Part shown: positions 10,344 to 19,938 of the stretch, one piece after another
Position numbering within the stretch: position 1 is the stretch's first letter
Layout: each line of letters opens with the position of its first letter
DNA from: an uncultured Spirochaetota bacterium
Lineage (GTDB): Bacteria > Spirochaetota > Brevinematia > Brevinematales > JAOACQ01
DNA length: 64,000 bases
Direction of reading: 5' to 3'
NCBI GenBank assembly: GCA_963835575.1
Contig: CAWIGG010000004.1
Coordinates: forward strand, 416,001-480,000
Notes under the pieces: model-generated
Database searches by the model: none
The model's input: the letters and a program-made list of their open reading frames with translations, nothing else
Told to the model about the DNA's origin: nothing
Program-made: the position numbers and the translations under genes

Positions 10344-11156
10344 CTATGAAAACAAAGAAATCGCGGCCCCTGCGGCTGTCGCGTACGCGGCGTTTTCCGG
10401 AATGATAAAATTGATTTTATATACTTTTGATAATCCTTCGAAGATATTTTCAGCCGGGGGTATTTGGGCCGGTTTCCCGGTCAGGACAATATCATTCAGA
10501 CCTGCGGACCTCGAAGCAAAAACAGCCATAACCCCTACTGCCTGGAAAATCAGGTTCATTATTCCCAGGGCATAATCATTCATTCCCGCTTTTTCGCTTA
10601 TCCTGCCGAAATTGGAGGCTGTGGCGTTTTCCGGCAGGTTCCCCACTTTTTCTTTGGATATATCGCTGATGACAAGATCGATATTCCGGAGGTTCCCGGA
10701 TTGCGCCAGGCTGATTATATGATCGATATCCGTACTGTTTAATATGCATTTTGCCAGGCCTGTCAATGTCCCGCCGCCGATGCCTGTGCCGCCCAGATGC
10801 GTAATATTTGACCTTTCCGCTTTTACTATGGCTGTTCCTGTTCCCATGCTGACTACTATTGCTTCCTTTTTATTCGATAGAAAGAGGCCGCCCAGGCCGA
10901 TTGCCGTAAATTCATCAATCCTTGATACCGGAAGCCCCATCAGTTTTGAATCGATATAAGAAGCGCCGACGCCTGTGATGGCGATCTTTTCTATATCAGT
11001 AAGGGATAACCGGTTGGAATCAATCAGTTTGCCCAGCGCCGCTGAGGCGGAAGCCGCAGGATCGCCCGCGTTTATAGTCAGATATTGGGAAATTATTTTA
11101 TTCTTCAGGCCGATTATTTTTGTTGTGGATCCGCCGATATCGATGCCTACAAACAT
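10344..11156 (-). CDS. coaW: Type II pantothenate kinase-like protein
   Basis: GIDIGGSTTK, SMGTGT, GGTGIGGGT, ASNFG motifs. Confidence 0.8.
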   Translation of the reverse strand: MFVGIDIGGSTTKIIGLKNKIISQYLTINAGDPAASASAALGKLIDSNRLSLTDIEKIAITGVGASYIDSKLMGLPVSRIDEFTAIGLGGLFLSNKKEAIVVSMGTGTAIVKAERSNITHLGGTGIGGGTLTGLAKCILNSTDIDHIISLAQSGNLRNIDLVISDISKEKVGNLPENATASNFGRISEKAGMNDYALGIMNLIFQAVGVMAVFASRSAGLNDIVLTGKPAQIPPAENIFEGLSKVYKINFIIPENAAYATAAGAAISLFS

Positions 11157-11168
11157 AAACAGTCTCCG

Positions 11169-11981
11169 TTATGTTTTGATTTTCTCTCCATTGCCATTTA
11201 TGATCTCTTTTAAAATATAATAAAATTTTTCCCTGGCGTGAATTTCAGTCCACGGCCTGTGGCCGCATTTTGCAAGAATAATATATTGGAAATCTTTTAA
11301 TATTCTATTGAGTGGTTCAATGACGCCTTCCGCCGGATGCGGGTCATAATCCCCATGGATCGCGAAAACCGGGCATTTTATATTTTTCCCATATTCTAGA
11401 AGTGTCCCGCTTTTTCTGAGGCCGCTTGCCTCTTCCCAGATTTTTTCATAAATATCTTCCCGGAAAATGATATCATTTTGATTGAGATCTTTTTTTGACG
11501 GTTCAAAAGAATCAGTTATTGACATCAGTGCGCCGAATTCCCGTAGGATGGAATTTTTATTTTTAGATTCAGGACTGCTTAATTTTGATGAGAATAGATT
11601 TAACTTTATCCTGTCAACATTATTTAAACGGCTTATTCTTGTGTTCATTATGGTCTGCGTGTATTTTTCCTCAAACGGCCCGCTTTCCACAAGGACCAGT
11701 TGTTTAACAAGGTTATTATATTTTGAAGTAAAAATAAAGGACAGCCATGCGCCCCATGAAAAACCTATCAATATTACGGGATTATCCGTGTTTTTTATTA
11801 TGACATCCTTTAATTCTTCCACCTGGCCCTGAATCGAATCGGCTGTCTGCAGAGGCTCCAGAATTCCCGCATAACGGGATAATTCCATGGCAACAGGCTT
11901 CAATTCACCCGCGGCGCCGGGGCCGCCATGGACAAGAGCGGCCTGAAAAGGCATTTTGCCGTATTTTCGTAAGTTTTTCAT
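11169..11981 (-). CDS. Alpha/beta hydrolase
   Basis: HGGPG, GFSWG, GDYD, CGH motifs. Confidence 0.88.
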   Translation of the reverse strand: MKNLRKYGKMPFQAALVHGGPGAAGELKPVAMELSRYAGILEPLQTADSIQGQVEELKDVIIKNTDNPVILIGFSWGAWLSFIFTSKYNNLVKQLVLVESGPFEEKYTQTIMNTRISRLNNVDRIKLNLFSSKLSSPESKNKNSILREFGALMSITDSFEPSKKDLNQNDIIFREDIYEKIWEEASGLRKSGTLLEYGKNIKCPVFAIHGDYDPHPAEGVIEPLNRILKDFQYIILAKCGHRPWTEIHAREKFYYILKEIINGNGEKIKT

Positions 11982-12268
11982 TATTCCTTATTGGTCAGAT
12001 TGCTCGCCAGAACTTCCACGCTTTTAATAATACCCATATAGGCGTTTGATAAAATGATAAAGGAAAGACCGGGCCCTATTTTTGACACATCCTGTAGATT
12101 TGCCAGTATATAGACTTGAAAAAGCATGGTGATGGTAAAAACTATCATAAAGGAAAGCTTCGTGGCGACGCCGAATCGGTTCTTTTTCTTCATAAAGATG
12201 AGAAGGCAAATAAGATTGACGGCAATGACAAAAACTATTGCATTAAGATTAAAAAACATACCTATCAT
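11981..12268 (-). CDS. Small membrane protein
   Basis: About 3 hydrophobic segments, AGGAG RBS, overlaps the next gene start. Confidence 0.6.
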   Translation of the reverse strand: MIGMFFNLNAIVFVIAVNLICLLIFMKKKNRFGVATKLSFMIVFTITMLFQVYILANLQDVSKIGPGLSFIILSNAYMGIIKSVEVLASNLTNKE

Positions 12269-12292
12269 AAATATACTCCTTATTTAGTTTTA

Positions 12293-12328
12293 GGGCAGTT
12301 CCAAAAACCAATGTTTTTGGAACTGCCC
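12293..12328. repeat. 36-bp palindrome resembling paired IS5 ends (mini-MITE)
   Basis: GGGCAGTTCCAAAAAC-caat-GTTTTTGGAACTGCCC flanked by TTTA direct repeats. Confidence 0.7.
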
Positions 12329-12379
12329 TTTAATAATAGCGGTTCTTTTTAAAATTCATCAGGCCCGGGGTTCTTTTGT

Positions 12380-12662
12380 TCATGCCTTTTTGAAATTTGT
12401 CTTTTTAATGTTATTCTTTAATAAATTTTTAAATTCATCAATATCATTTTTATTTTGAAAATATTTTTGAGGCAATATAATAGCCTGATTCCCTGTAGAA
12501 TAGATGAATATTATGTCTTTATGCTCAAAAGCCTTTGTAAAATCGTTCCATTTCATTAAATATGTCCCCCGGTCATTTTTAATATTGATCCCGTCATCGG
12601 CGGTAGTGTATTCGTTTTCCATTTTAAGCCTGCCGTTATTTTTATACATTCTTTTTACCCTG
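12380..12662 (-). pseudogene. YcxB-family gene, 3' fragment
   Basis: KWNDFTKAFEHKDIIFIY..AIILPQKYF YcxB-like C-terminus; cut off by the IS. Confidence 0.75.
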
Positions 12663-14337
12663 TTGCCTGTCGGTTTTTATAACATGCTTCATGGACATAC
12701 GGCAGGGTTCCCGTTAAAATAAAACGGGAGAAAAAGATGGCAAGATTTGAAAAGAACAGCCTGGAGCAGGGTGAGTTCCTCGCGATCAATATAGGCGAGC
12801 AGTTTGATGAGAATTCCAGAGAATTTATACTAAAAGAATTCATCAAAAACCGTATTAAACTGGAGGATTTCGCGGCTTACTATAAGAACAACCATAGAGG
12901 CAGAGAGATTAAAAATCCTCGGGATGTGATCTGTGCGGTACTCTACGGTTACATTACGGGAAATCGTATCAGCCGAAAGATAGAAGATTTGCTGAAAAAA
13001 CACATTGGGTTTATGTATGTTTCAAACCGGCTGAAAATTGACCATTCGGTAATTTGCGAGTTCAAGGTACTTTTTCAGGAAAAGATCGAGGAGTTGTTCA
13101 GCCAGCTTTTATATATACTCAACGAAATGGGGTCTATAGATTGGGACATGGTAGTGGGTGACGGCACAAAGATCAAGGCCTACGCGAGTAAGAATAAGAA
13201 TGTGGGAAAGAAACATACCCGGAAGCTGATGGACACTTACCAGAAGATGGCGGAAAAGATTGTGAAACAAGACCTGGAACTGGAAGAATCTTACCGGGAA
13301 GGCAAGCTGGAGCAGCCTTATTACGAAGCGGAGAAGAAGCGGGTATCAAGGCGGAAAAAGATTTACGATAGTGTTTTGAACCAAATCGATGAATACAAAA
13401 AACAGGTAGAGAGAGGGGAAAAGACAGACGAAGAATTCACCAACCTGACTGATCCCGAAAGCAAGCTGATGTCTGGAAATCCGCATAGTGTGTTTATACA
13501 GGGATATAATTCGGCGATGATGGTCAGTAATAATGATGTGATTATAGATTTTGAAGCAATCACAACACCGGAAAAACAGCATACGGAAGAAATGGTAAAG
13601 AGGGTGGAACAGAAAAAAGCGGAATTAAAAGTTGATAAGGCTAGCAAATACCTTTTTGATTCGGGTTTTCAGGACATGGAAGAGACAATCCGGATGGTGG
13701 AGGAAGGAAAAGACCTTTATGTGGATACGAAAGAGCGGGATTTCAGTGATAAATCACAGAAGCGAAGAGACTTTAAACTGGAAAAGATTGATGACGAATA
13801 TATCCTGGGATGCCGGGGCGGCCGTAAGGAAAATGGGTATTTAGATCGAAATAACCAAAGATATACATTTTTGTATTCACGGAAGGGCTGTGAAAGATGT
13901 CCATTTTTCAGTGAGTGTTATAAAAACATCAAACCGAAAACACAGCAAAAGACAGTAATTTTCAGTGAGTTTGAATTGAATAATCGGTCTAAGATTGATG
14001 CTTATTTAACAAAACTTTACAGCGAAGAAGGGCAAAAGATATACAACCGCAGGATAGGTAAAGAACACGTATTTTCAAACATCAAAACACAGAAGGGTTA
14101 TGTTCAGACAGTTTACAGAGGTCAACGGAAAGTGAATTTGGAGCTATGCTGGGTATCCCTTGCGCATAATTTTATGAAATATGCCCAATATTTGAGAAAA
14201 TAGAGAGGATTTTGTATAGTCTGAGTATCGATTATTCGAAATTTATTATTAAAATCAGCTAAGCTGACAAAATTTTTATTTGCCCGCTTATTGTAAGGGG
14301 CTGGTTTGACTCCGAAAATGAAATAACCGACAGGCAA
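12663..14337 (+). mobile_element. IS1182-like insertion sequence
   Basis: Perfect 13-bp terminal IRs TTGCCTGTCGGTT (12663-12675) and AACCGACAGGCAA (14325-14337) around a transposase; exact ends uncertain by 1-2 bp. Confidence 0.85.
12737..14203 (+). CDS. IS1182-family DDE transposase
   Basis: DGTKIKAYA, TDPESKLM, GYN, DSGF, EHVFSNIK motifs. Confidence 0.88.
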   Translation: MARFEKNSLEQGEFLAINIGEQFDENSREFILKEFIKNRIKLEDFAAYYKNNHRGREIKNPRDVICAVLYGYITGNRISRKIEDLLKKHIGFMYVSNRLKIDHSVICEFKVLFQEKIEELFSQLLYILNEMGSIDWDMVVGDGTKIKAYASKNKNVGKKHTRKLMDTYQKMAEKIVKQDLELEESYREGKLEQPYYEAEKKRVSRRKKIYDSVLNQIDEYKKQVERGEKTDEEFTNLTDPESKLMSGNPHSVFIQGYNSAMMVSNNDVIIDFEAITTPEKQHTEEMVKRVEQKKAELKVDKASKYLFDSGFQDMEETIRMVEEGKDLYVDTKERDFSDKSQKRRDFKLEKIDDEYILGCRGGRKENGYLDRNNQRYTFLYSRKGCERCPFFSECYKNIKPKTQQKTVIFSEFELNNRSKIDAYLTKLYSEEGQKIYNRRIGKEHVFSNIKTQKGYVQTVYRGQRKVNLELCWVSLAHNFMKYAQYLRK

Positions 14338-14574
14338 GATGGAAAAGAAAATTATAATGAGAATAATGATAATCGCGGAACTCATTAAAAATGACAGGAT
14401 AAGTGTGAATAATATTTCATTTTGAATATTGAGCCTTTTTCCGATTGATAAGCCCGTATTAATCATTAGAAAAGCGATAAACATGGCCATGAATTTGATT
14501 GAATAATTTTTCAGAGCATAATAGGCATAATATTTTTTAAAGTCATTATAAGTCAAACGCCCTTTTATAATCAT
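14338..14574 (-). pseudogene. YcxB-family gene, 5' fragment (2 TM helices)
   Basis: MIIKGRLTYNDF.. with two TMs; reading frame runs into the IS right end. Confidence 0.75.
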
Positions 14575-14605
14575 TATCCGCTCCTTCTATTATATTCAGT
14601 TGTTA

Positions 14606-15112
14606 TTACAGCATATCGCTGTATGAACCGGAGACGAAATCATTTTCTTCTATTTCAAACAAATTTAAGTAATAACGGCATTGTTCCATCAATTTCTCTT
14701 TATTTCTTTTGCCGGACCTGTCGATCACTTCGATCTCGATAAAACTTCCCAGGTCTTTAACATTATCTATGTGGAATTTAATATTGTCAATAAAATAAAT
14801 TCCCCTTTTTTTATCGACGACTTTCATAATACCGAGCGAATCTTTTAAAATGCTTTTTAACGGCGATCCCGGCCCGGATTGATAAAGACTGTAATGCGAT
14901 TCCTTCGGGCCCGCCTGATTGTTCCTTTCATAATAAATAAGGTTATTCTCAATATTTCCTTCCCTGAGCTTCAACCTGCCGTTCCGGACATTAAAATAAG
15001 TGTCGACCTGATGGTCCAGCCCTTTAAAATCGGCTTTTAAATTTTGAAGAATAGTCCTGACTTTTTCGGGATTTTTTGTGCGGGCTTTTATTTCAATGTT
15101 AAGATAGTCCAT
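14606..15112 (-). CDS. CYTH-domain protein (class IV adenylate cyclase-like)
   Basis: NIEIKAR, QVDTYF, LKLRE, GSFIEIE, SYSDML. Confidence 0.88.
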   Translation of the reverse strand: MDYLNIEIKARTKNPEKVRTILQNLKADFKGLDHQVDTYFNVRNGRLKLREGNIENNLIYYERNNQAGPKESHYSLYQSGPGSPLKSILKDSLGIMKVVDKKRGIYFIDNIKFHIDNVKDLGSFIEIEVIDRSGKRNKEKLMEQCRYYLNLFEIEENDFVSGSYSDML

Positions 15113-15122
15113 TATTTCCCCT

Positions 15123-15947
15123 TTATTTTCCAATAAATTTTAAATGGACCATGGTCATGATTCTCAATAGATCCGTCATTAAAGCGCCTATTTTTCCTTT
15201 TCTGTCCAGTTTCTTTCTGATATCCCTGAACATGGGGATTTCGTCGATCAATTTAATTCTTGGGTCCCAGGACTCTATTATTCCGGCTTTTTTAATTCCC
15301 CATTTCAGGATGGAAGTACTGTCCATACCGCCGTCTTGAATGACCTTTTTATTGGCGACTTTTACGCCCAGCGGGGATGCAGAATCGAAAAATACCTCGC
15401 TTTCAGGAAATAACCCCGCTAATTTGATGAAAAATTCCCTCATCTGCTTCTCTTCAAAATAATAGAAAACACCCATGGCAAAAAAGAAAACATTATCATT
15501 GATCTTCAATTTCTTAAGCCAGGCATCATCCAGAAATGAGGACGCTATAAATTTCCTTCTGTCGTTTTCTTTGATAAATTCACTCCTGAGCTTGATGACA
15601 TCCGGCAGGTCAAGGTCATACCATAATAGGCGGCCGTTATCGACCCTTTCAAATGTGGTGTCGAGGCCGCAGCCGATGTTGACTATTGTTCCCCCGGAAT
15701 GTTTTTCTAAAAATGCCTTGATTGCCCTGTCGGTATGAATACAGCGGACAATCCATTGAAGCCGGCTGATCTCACTCATATTGCCGGCTATCGTTGAAAA
15801 ATCATAGTTAATTTTGTCAATGATATCAGCCGCTGTTTTGTCTATCAGCAGCGGGTCTTTTTTACGTGTTTCGGAAGCCCGTCCCCATAATGGGAGAAGC
15901 AAGGTCTTCTGAACGTCTTTGAGTTCCATCGCGATTTTTTCAGGCAT
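15123..15947 (-). CDS. SAM-dependent methyltransferase (LCM/TcmP-like)
   Basis: TLLLPLWGRA, NIGCGLDT, WYDLDLPDVI. Confidence 0.88.
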   Translation of the reverse strand: MPEKIAMELKDVQKTLLLPLWGRASETRKKDPLLIDKTAADIIDKINYDFSTIAGNMSEISRLQWIVRCIHTDRAIKAFLEKHSGGTIVNIGCGLDTTFERVDNGRLLWYDLDLPDVIKLRSEFIKENDRRKFIASSFLDDAWLKKLKINDNVFFFAMGVFYYFEEKQMREFFIKLAGLFPESEVFFDSASPLGVKVANKKVIQDGGMDSTSILKWGIKKAGIIESWDPRIKLIDEIPMFRDIRKKLDRKGKIGALMTDLLRIMTMVHLKFIGK

Positions 15948-16035
15948 TTTTATTCCTCCAAACAATTTCTGAAATAAAATTATAACCCGTTTTTATTTTA
16001 TAAAATTCATTTAATATCTCAAAATCAATTAGAAC

Positions 16036-16677
16036 TTAAGCTGCAGTATAGCTCTTTTCGGCAGTATGGACTTTTAAGGGGAAAAAGGCCGTTTTACTTT
16101 TTATATGATTTAATCCGCTCTTTGAAAACATATCTTTATACTCAGCGGTACTATAGAATCTTACATGCTCTTTTTCAATTTTTCTGGTATGGCTGTCAAT
16201 CCATTTTATCAGGAAATTGTCCGAGGTCAAATCCAGGATGTAAATTTTTCCTCCCGGCTTTAAAACCCTGTGAACTTCAGCAAGGGCTTTAAGCGGATTC
16301 AGATAATGATGAAAGGAATTGGTGCAGATGATATAATCGAAATAATTATTCTTGAGAGGCAAATCCTCAGAACTGGCTTTATAAAAGGCGATGTTATCCA
16401 ATCCCTGCGCGTTAATTCCGGCTTTTTCAACCATTTCTTTCGAGATATCAATGCCTATGAAATTTCCCCTGCCCTTCAGAAGTGAACACACATAACACAC
16501 GGCCCAGCCGGTCCCGCAGCCTAAATCCAGAAAGTTTGAATTTTCGCGCAGGTCCAGCATTGAAATGACCATTTTCTGCATCAATCTGAAATAATCATGC
16601 TTTTTTTTATCAAATGTTCTTGCCCTGATATCCCATTTTTTTTCATTGGCCTTATCATGATTGTCCTTATTGATCAT
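16036..16677 (-). CDS. Class I SAM-dependent methyltransferase
   Basis: LDLGCGTG, GIDIS, RVLKPGG. Confidence 0.9.
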   Translation of the reverse strand: MINKDNHDKANEKKWDIRARTFDKKKHDYFRLMQKMVISMLDLRENSNFLDLGCGTGWAVCYVCSLLKGRGNFIGIDISKEMVEKAGINAQGLDNIAFYKASSEDLPLKNNYFDYIICTNSFHHYLNPLKALAEVHRVLKPGGKIYILDLTSDNFLIKWIDSHTRKIEKEHVRFYSTAEYKDMFSKSGLNHIKSKTAFFPLKVHTAEKSYTAA

Positions 16678-16827
16678 ATTGCCTCCATTGTATACTGAAT
16701 TGATTGTTGATATCGGCTATTATGCCCCGGCCGGTTAAATTAATATTAATGATTGGATCGATTTATTTCAATTTTGTAAATTCTTTATATCAATAGAGTT
16801 TCATTGTATAATCGAGCTGGTCTAACA

Positions 16828-17139
16828 TTAAAACTTACCGCTGATAAACCCGATGAGAAGACCTCCGATAAGGCCGATTAAATTGATCGGCAGATAGGCG
16901 CGGGTTATGATGGAAGTCGGCAGGCTAAAGGAAAGGCCTATTAAGCCGCCTGTGACAATCGGCGGCATGCCGATATTTGCATTCGGTATAATAAAACCGA
17001 TAAAAAACCGTTCCAGAAAAGCGCTGATAATGGCTTCCATGCGTTTGCGCTTATCGTCAAACTTCATCGGCAGCATGATCAACGCGTCAATCAGGCCGAA
17101 AGCCAGACCGCAGATCAAACCCAGTATTATATGATTCAT
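16828..17139 (-). CDS. Small membrane protein
   Basis: Gly-rich hydrophobic helices, GGAGG RBS. Confidence 0.65.
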   Translation of the reverse strand: MNHIILGLICGLAFGLIDALIMLPMKFDDKRKRMEAIISAFLERFFIGFIIPNANIGMPPIVTGGLIGLSFSLPTSIITRAYLPINLIGLIGGLLIGFISGKF

Positions 17140-17367
17140 AAAACCTCCCATAAATTAATTAATTTATTATGATGATTGCAATTTACTCTATTTATTAACT
17201 GTAAATGAAGTTGAATCAAGGACAAAAAAAGTAATTAATATTTTAGGTAAATTATTAACGAATCGCAAATTTTTTATTATCCATCATTGAATTATTTTTC
17301 TTTATTTCTATATCAATATCCGAAATTCTCTTTATAATACTTATATCAGGATTTTTTCACTCTCTCT

Positions 17368-17396
17368 TTGACATAACTGATTAATTTGACTAAAAT
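17368..17396 (+). promoter_or_regulatory. Putative sigma70 promoter
   Basis: TTGACA-17 bp-TAAAAT upstream of the 17441 ORF. Confidence 0.6.
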
Positions 17397-17440
17397 ACTA
17401 TATTATTTCAACTTTTTTTAACAGTATAAAAGAGGTTTCT

Positions 17441-19501
17441 ATGGAAACTGGCGCTCCCAATCCGAAAGAGTACATGGAAATTCCGGGCTGGGTATCCTAT
17501 GATGAAAGGCAGAAACTGGAGATTTCAAACGACCTGGGAATTTTTGATAAGAATGAGCTTGCTGTATTCTTTGCCGTTGCCGAGTATGCCGACAAATACA
17601 AAACGTCCTATCTCCCTCTTCAGAATTTTTATAAATACCTCTATGAATATGGCCTTCGCACAAACGTTAACGCCTTAAAGGTCGAGGACAATATTGTCGC
17701 CCTTCTCCGGAAGGTTTATTATTATCTTCACAGAAAGAACTACTGCAAATCAGAGATGAATGATAATAAAATTACCGCTATTATACTGCTGGACCCCCAA
17801 AGCTTGAAGCCTGAAGAAGTGCAGAGTCTCCTGCAGAGGCTGAAAAGGGAATACGAACCGATAAAAGAGGATTATGACAAACCCTTCATTACCGGCGATT
17901 ATGTGCCGAAAAGCGGCCTTTCCAGCAAAGTGATTACGGTTATATCAATCCGCGAATTATCCCAGCAGAGGATAGCCGAATTGATTAAAGGACCGCCTCT
18001 TACAAAAATCGTTTTTCCGTCAAATAATGATATTATATTACTGACGGAGGATCTGCCATACCTGCTTGATCTGGCTTTTGATAAACTGAAAAAGCACCTT
18101 TCAAAAAACAGGGATGTCAGCATGCTGGTTCTTTCCAAATTGAAACAGCAGTTTCAGAGCCTGGCGACTGTCAATAAAATGGATTCCATCATCAGATCAA
18201 GCAATATCGACCCGAAGCTCTGGGCCTCGCTGGCGACTGAAATTGTGAACATGTCGCTTTCAAGCGAGAAAGCCTCATCAATTTTTCAATCCAGCGAGAT
18301 CGTAAAGTATATGTCGATCCTGAAAAGCGACGAGATCCAGAAGAAGTCGCATTCTGATAAATCCATAGAAGTCCTGCTGAAAATCATGGAAACATATCCC
18401 CTGCCTTTTTCCAAATCACAACTGCTTCAGATGCGTGAAAAACATGCCTACCTCAAGCTTCATTCTGAAAGGGACTATATCGACCTGGTCAATTATTTTA
18501 TCAAGAATTATTCTTCGGCGGAGGCCGTTGATGTGCCGCCGCTTTTACTTCCGGTAAAGGTCGGTGAGGAACAAAAATACCTTCACAGGAACCACTTTCT
18601 GACGAATTTTTTTGAAAAACTTGATTCTATTTCTTATGAGATTAAAAAACAATTTAATGATAAAATGGACCAGAAGAAAGAGGCTTTCCTTAAAGACCCG
18701 CTGATGAGAAATCCGGACGTTTTTGATAATTATGTGGAGGAATATTTCCGCAAGCAGGACCCGATGATTGTGCAGTTTATTGAAAATCCTTCCCTCTTAT
18801 ATTCCCTGCTTTTATTCTACGGTAAAAATGAATCGAGGATCTCTTCGGAGATCAGCCGTTTTTTCTATTCCCCGGCCAGGGAAAATGAAGCGCCGCATAG
18901 AAGAAATATAAGCGATATTCTTCTGATCAGCTGGGAAAAAATGCTCAAAGAAGCCAGAAACAGGGTCCCTTTCATATATAAAATTCCCTTCATAGGCCTG
19001 CTCCTCAAATGGCTGAAAGGGTTCGGGAAATATATGGACAAAGCCGTTGAAAACCAGCTGCAGGAAAAGAAAAAGCAGCCCAAATTATCCCAGCTTCTTG
19101 TTGTAAAAAAGAAGATAAAAGCAAAGCCGGCCCAGGAACAGAAGGAAGTGCCCAATGTTCAGGAAGAAAAAGAAAAACAAAAAGCAAAAATGATACAGGA
19201 ACAGATGATATCCCTGCAGAAAAAACTAATAGGCAATAAAAATCCGGATGAGATGCTCGCGTATTTTGAAGGTAAGTGGAACCGGACTATCAATCCTGAA
19301 GCCCGTCAGGAGAATGTCGAAATGATCAAAACAAAAATCCAGCACAGGCTCGGGTTTATGAAAAAAATTACCGCAGATACCGTCAGAAAGGAAATGTCAG
19401 ATATGATGCGGACGGAGCCGGTTTTTAAGAAAGTTTCCGATATTGAATCCTTGAAAAAATACATCCTTCTCTTTATGACCAAATATTATACAACTAAATA
19501 A
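17441..19501 (+). CDS. Hypothetical protein (686 aa)
   Basis: Long ORF with GAGG RBS and promoter; no motif recognised. Confidence 0.75.
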   Translation: METGAPNPKEYMEIPGWVSYDERQKLEISNDLGIFDKNELAVFFAVAEYADKYKTSYLPLQNFYKYLYEYGLRTNVNALKVEDNIVALLRKVYYYLHRKNYCKSEMNDNKITAIILLDPQSLKPEEVQSLLQRLKREYEPIKEDYDKPFITGDYVPKSGLSSKVITVISIRELSQQRIAELIKGPPLTKIVFPSNNDIILLTEDLPYLLDLAFDKLKKHLSKNRDVSMLVLSKLKQQFQSLATVNKMDSIIRSSNIDPKLWASLATEIVNMSLSSEKASSIFQSSEIVKYMSILKSDEIQKKSHSDKSIEVLLKIMETYPLPFSKSQLLQMREKHAYLKLHSERDYIDLVNYFIKNYSSAEAVDVPPLLLPVKVGEEQKYLHRNHFLTNFFEKLDSISYEIKKQFNDKMDQKKEAFLKDPLMRNPDVFDNYVEEYFRKQDPMIVQFIENPSLLYSLLLFYGKNESRISSEISRFFYSPARENEAPHRRNISDILLISWEKMLKEARNRVPFIYKIPFIGLLLKWLKGFGKYMDKAVENQLQEKKKQPKLSQLLVVKKKIKAKPAQEQKEVPNVQEEKEKQKAKMIQEQMISLQKKLIGNKNPDEMLAYFEGKWNRTINPEARQENVEMIKTKIQHRLGFMKKITADTVRKEMSDMMRTEPVFKKVSDIESLKKYILLFMTKYYTTK

Positions 19502-19542
19502 TACACCCAAGTTTACATCCGTAAAAAATAATTTATTTTTTC

Positions 19543-19597
19543 TTGACATTTGATAATGCCTCAGTTATATTTATGCCATTATAGGGGGGTAGGGTAT
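19543..19597 (+). promoter_or_regulatory. csoR promoter and probable CsoR operator
   Basis: TTGACA-17 bp-TATATT, then TATAGGGGGGTAGGGTATA (G-tract flanked by AT inverted repeats, typical of CsoR/RcnR sites). Confidence 0.65.
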
Positions 19598-19912
19598 ATG
19601 CAAGATAAGCCTGAATATACTTGTGAACATCATAATGATAGGGTGGCCCATCACTCTGAAGAGGTGAAAAAGGGCATCGCGAAGCGTCTTAATAAAATTG
19701 TAGGGCAGGTGCGCGGTATTGCAAAAATGGTGGAGCAGGATATCTACTGCGACCATGTCCTGAACCAGATCACGTCGGCCCAGGCGGCCTTAAACGGCGT
19801 CCGGACGCTCCTTCTGGAACTGCATATTAAAAGCTGCATTCTGGATCAGATAAAGGAAGGAAATACCGGAGTGATCGATGAGCTGATGAAAACCATAGGC
19901 AGAATGCATTAA
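19598..19912 (+). CDS. csoR: Copper-sensing repressor CsoR
   Basis: RLNKIVGQVRGI, YC, and H-x3-C ligand pattern; start moved to ATG 19598. Confidence 0.9.
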   Translation: MQDKPEYTCEHHNDRVAHHSEEVKKGIAKRLNKIVGQVRGIAKMVEQDIYCDHVLNQITSAQAALNGVRTLLLELHIKSCILDQIKEGNTGVIDELMKTIGRMH

Positions 19913-19938
19913 TTGAATAAACTAACTAGGAGGATCTT

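Noticed and set aside
14122..14337. C-terminal half of the 150-aa ORF 14122..14574
   Set aside because: Read-through into the IS end, not native protein
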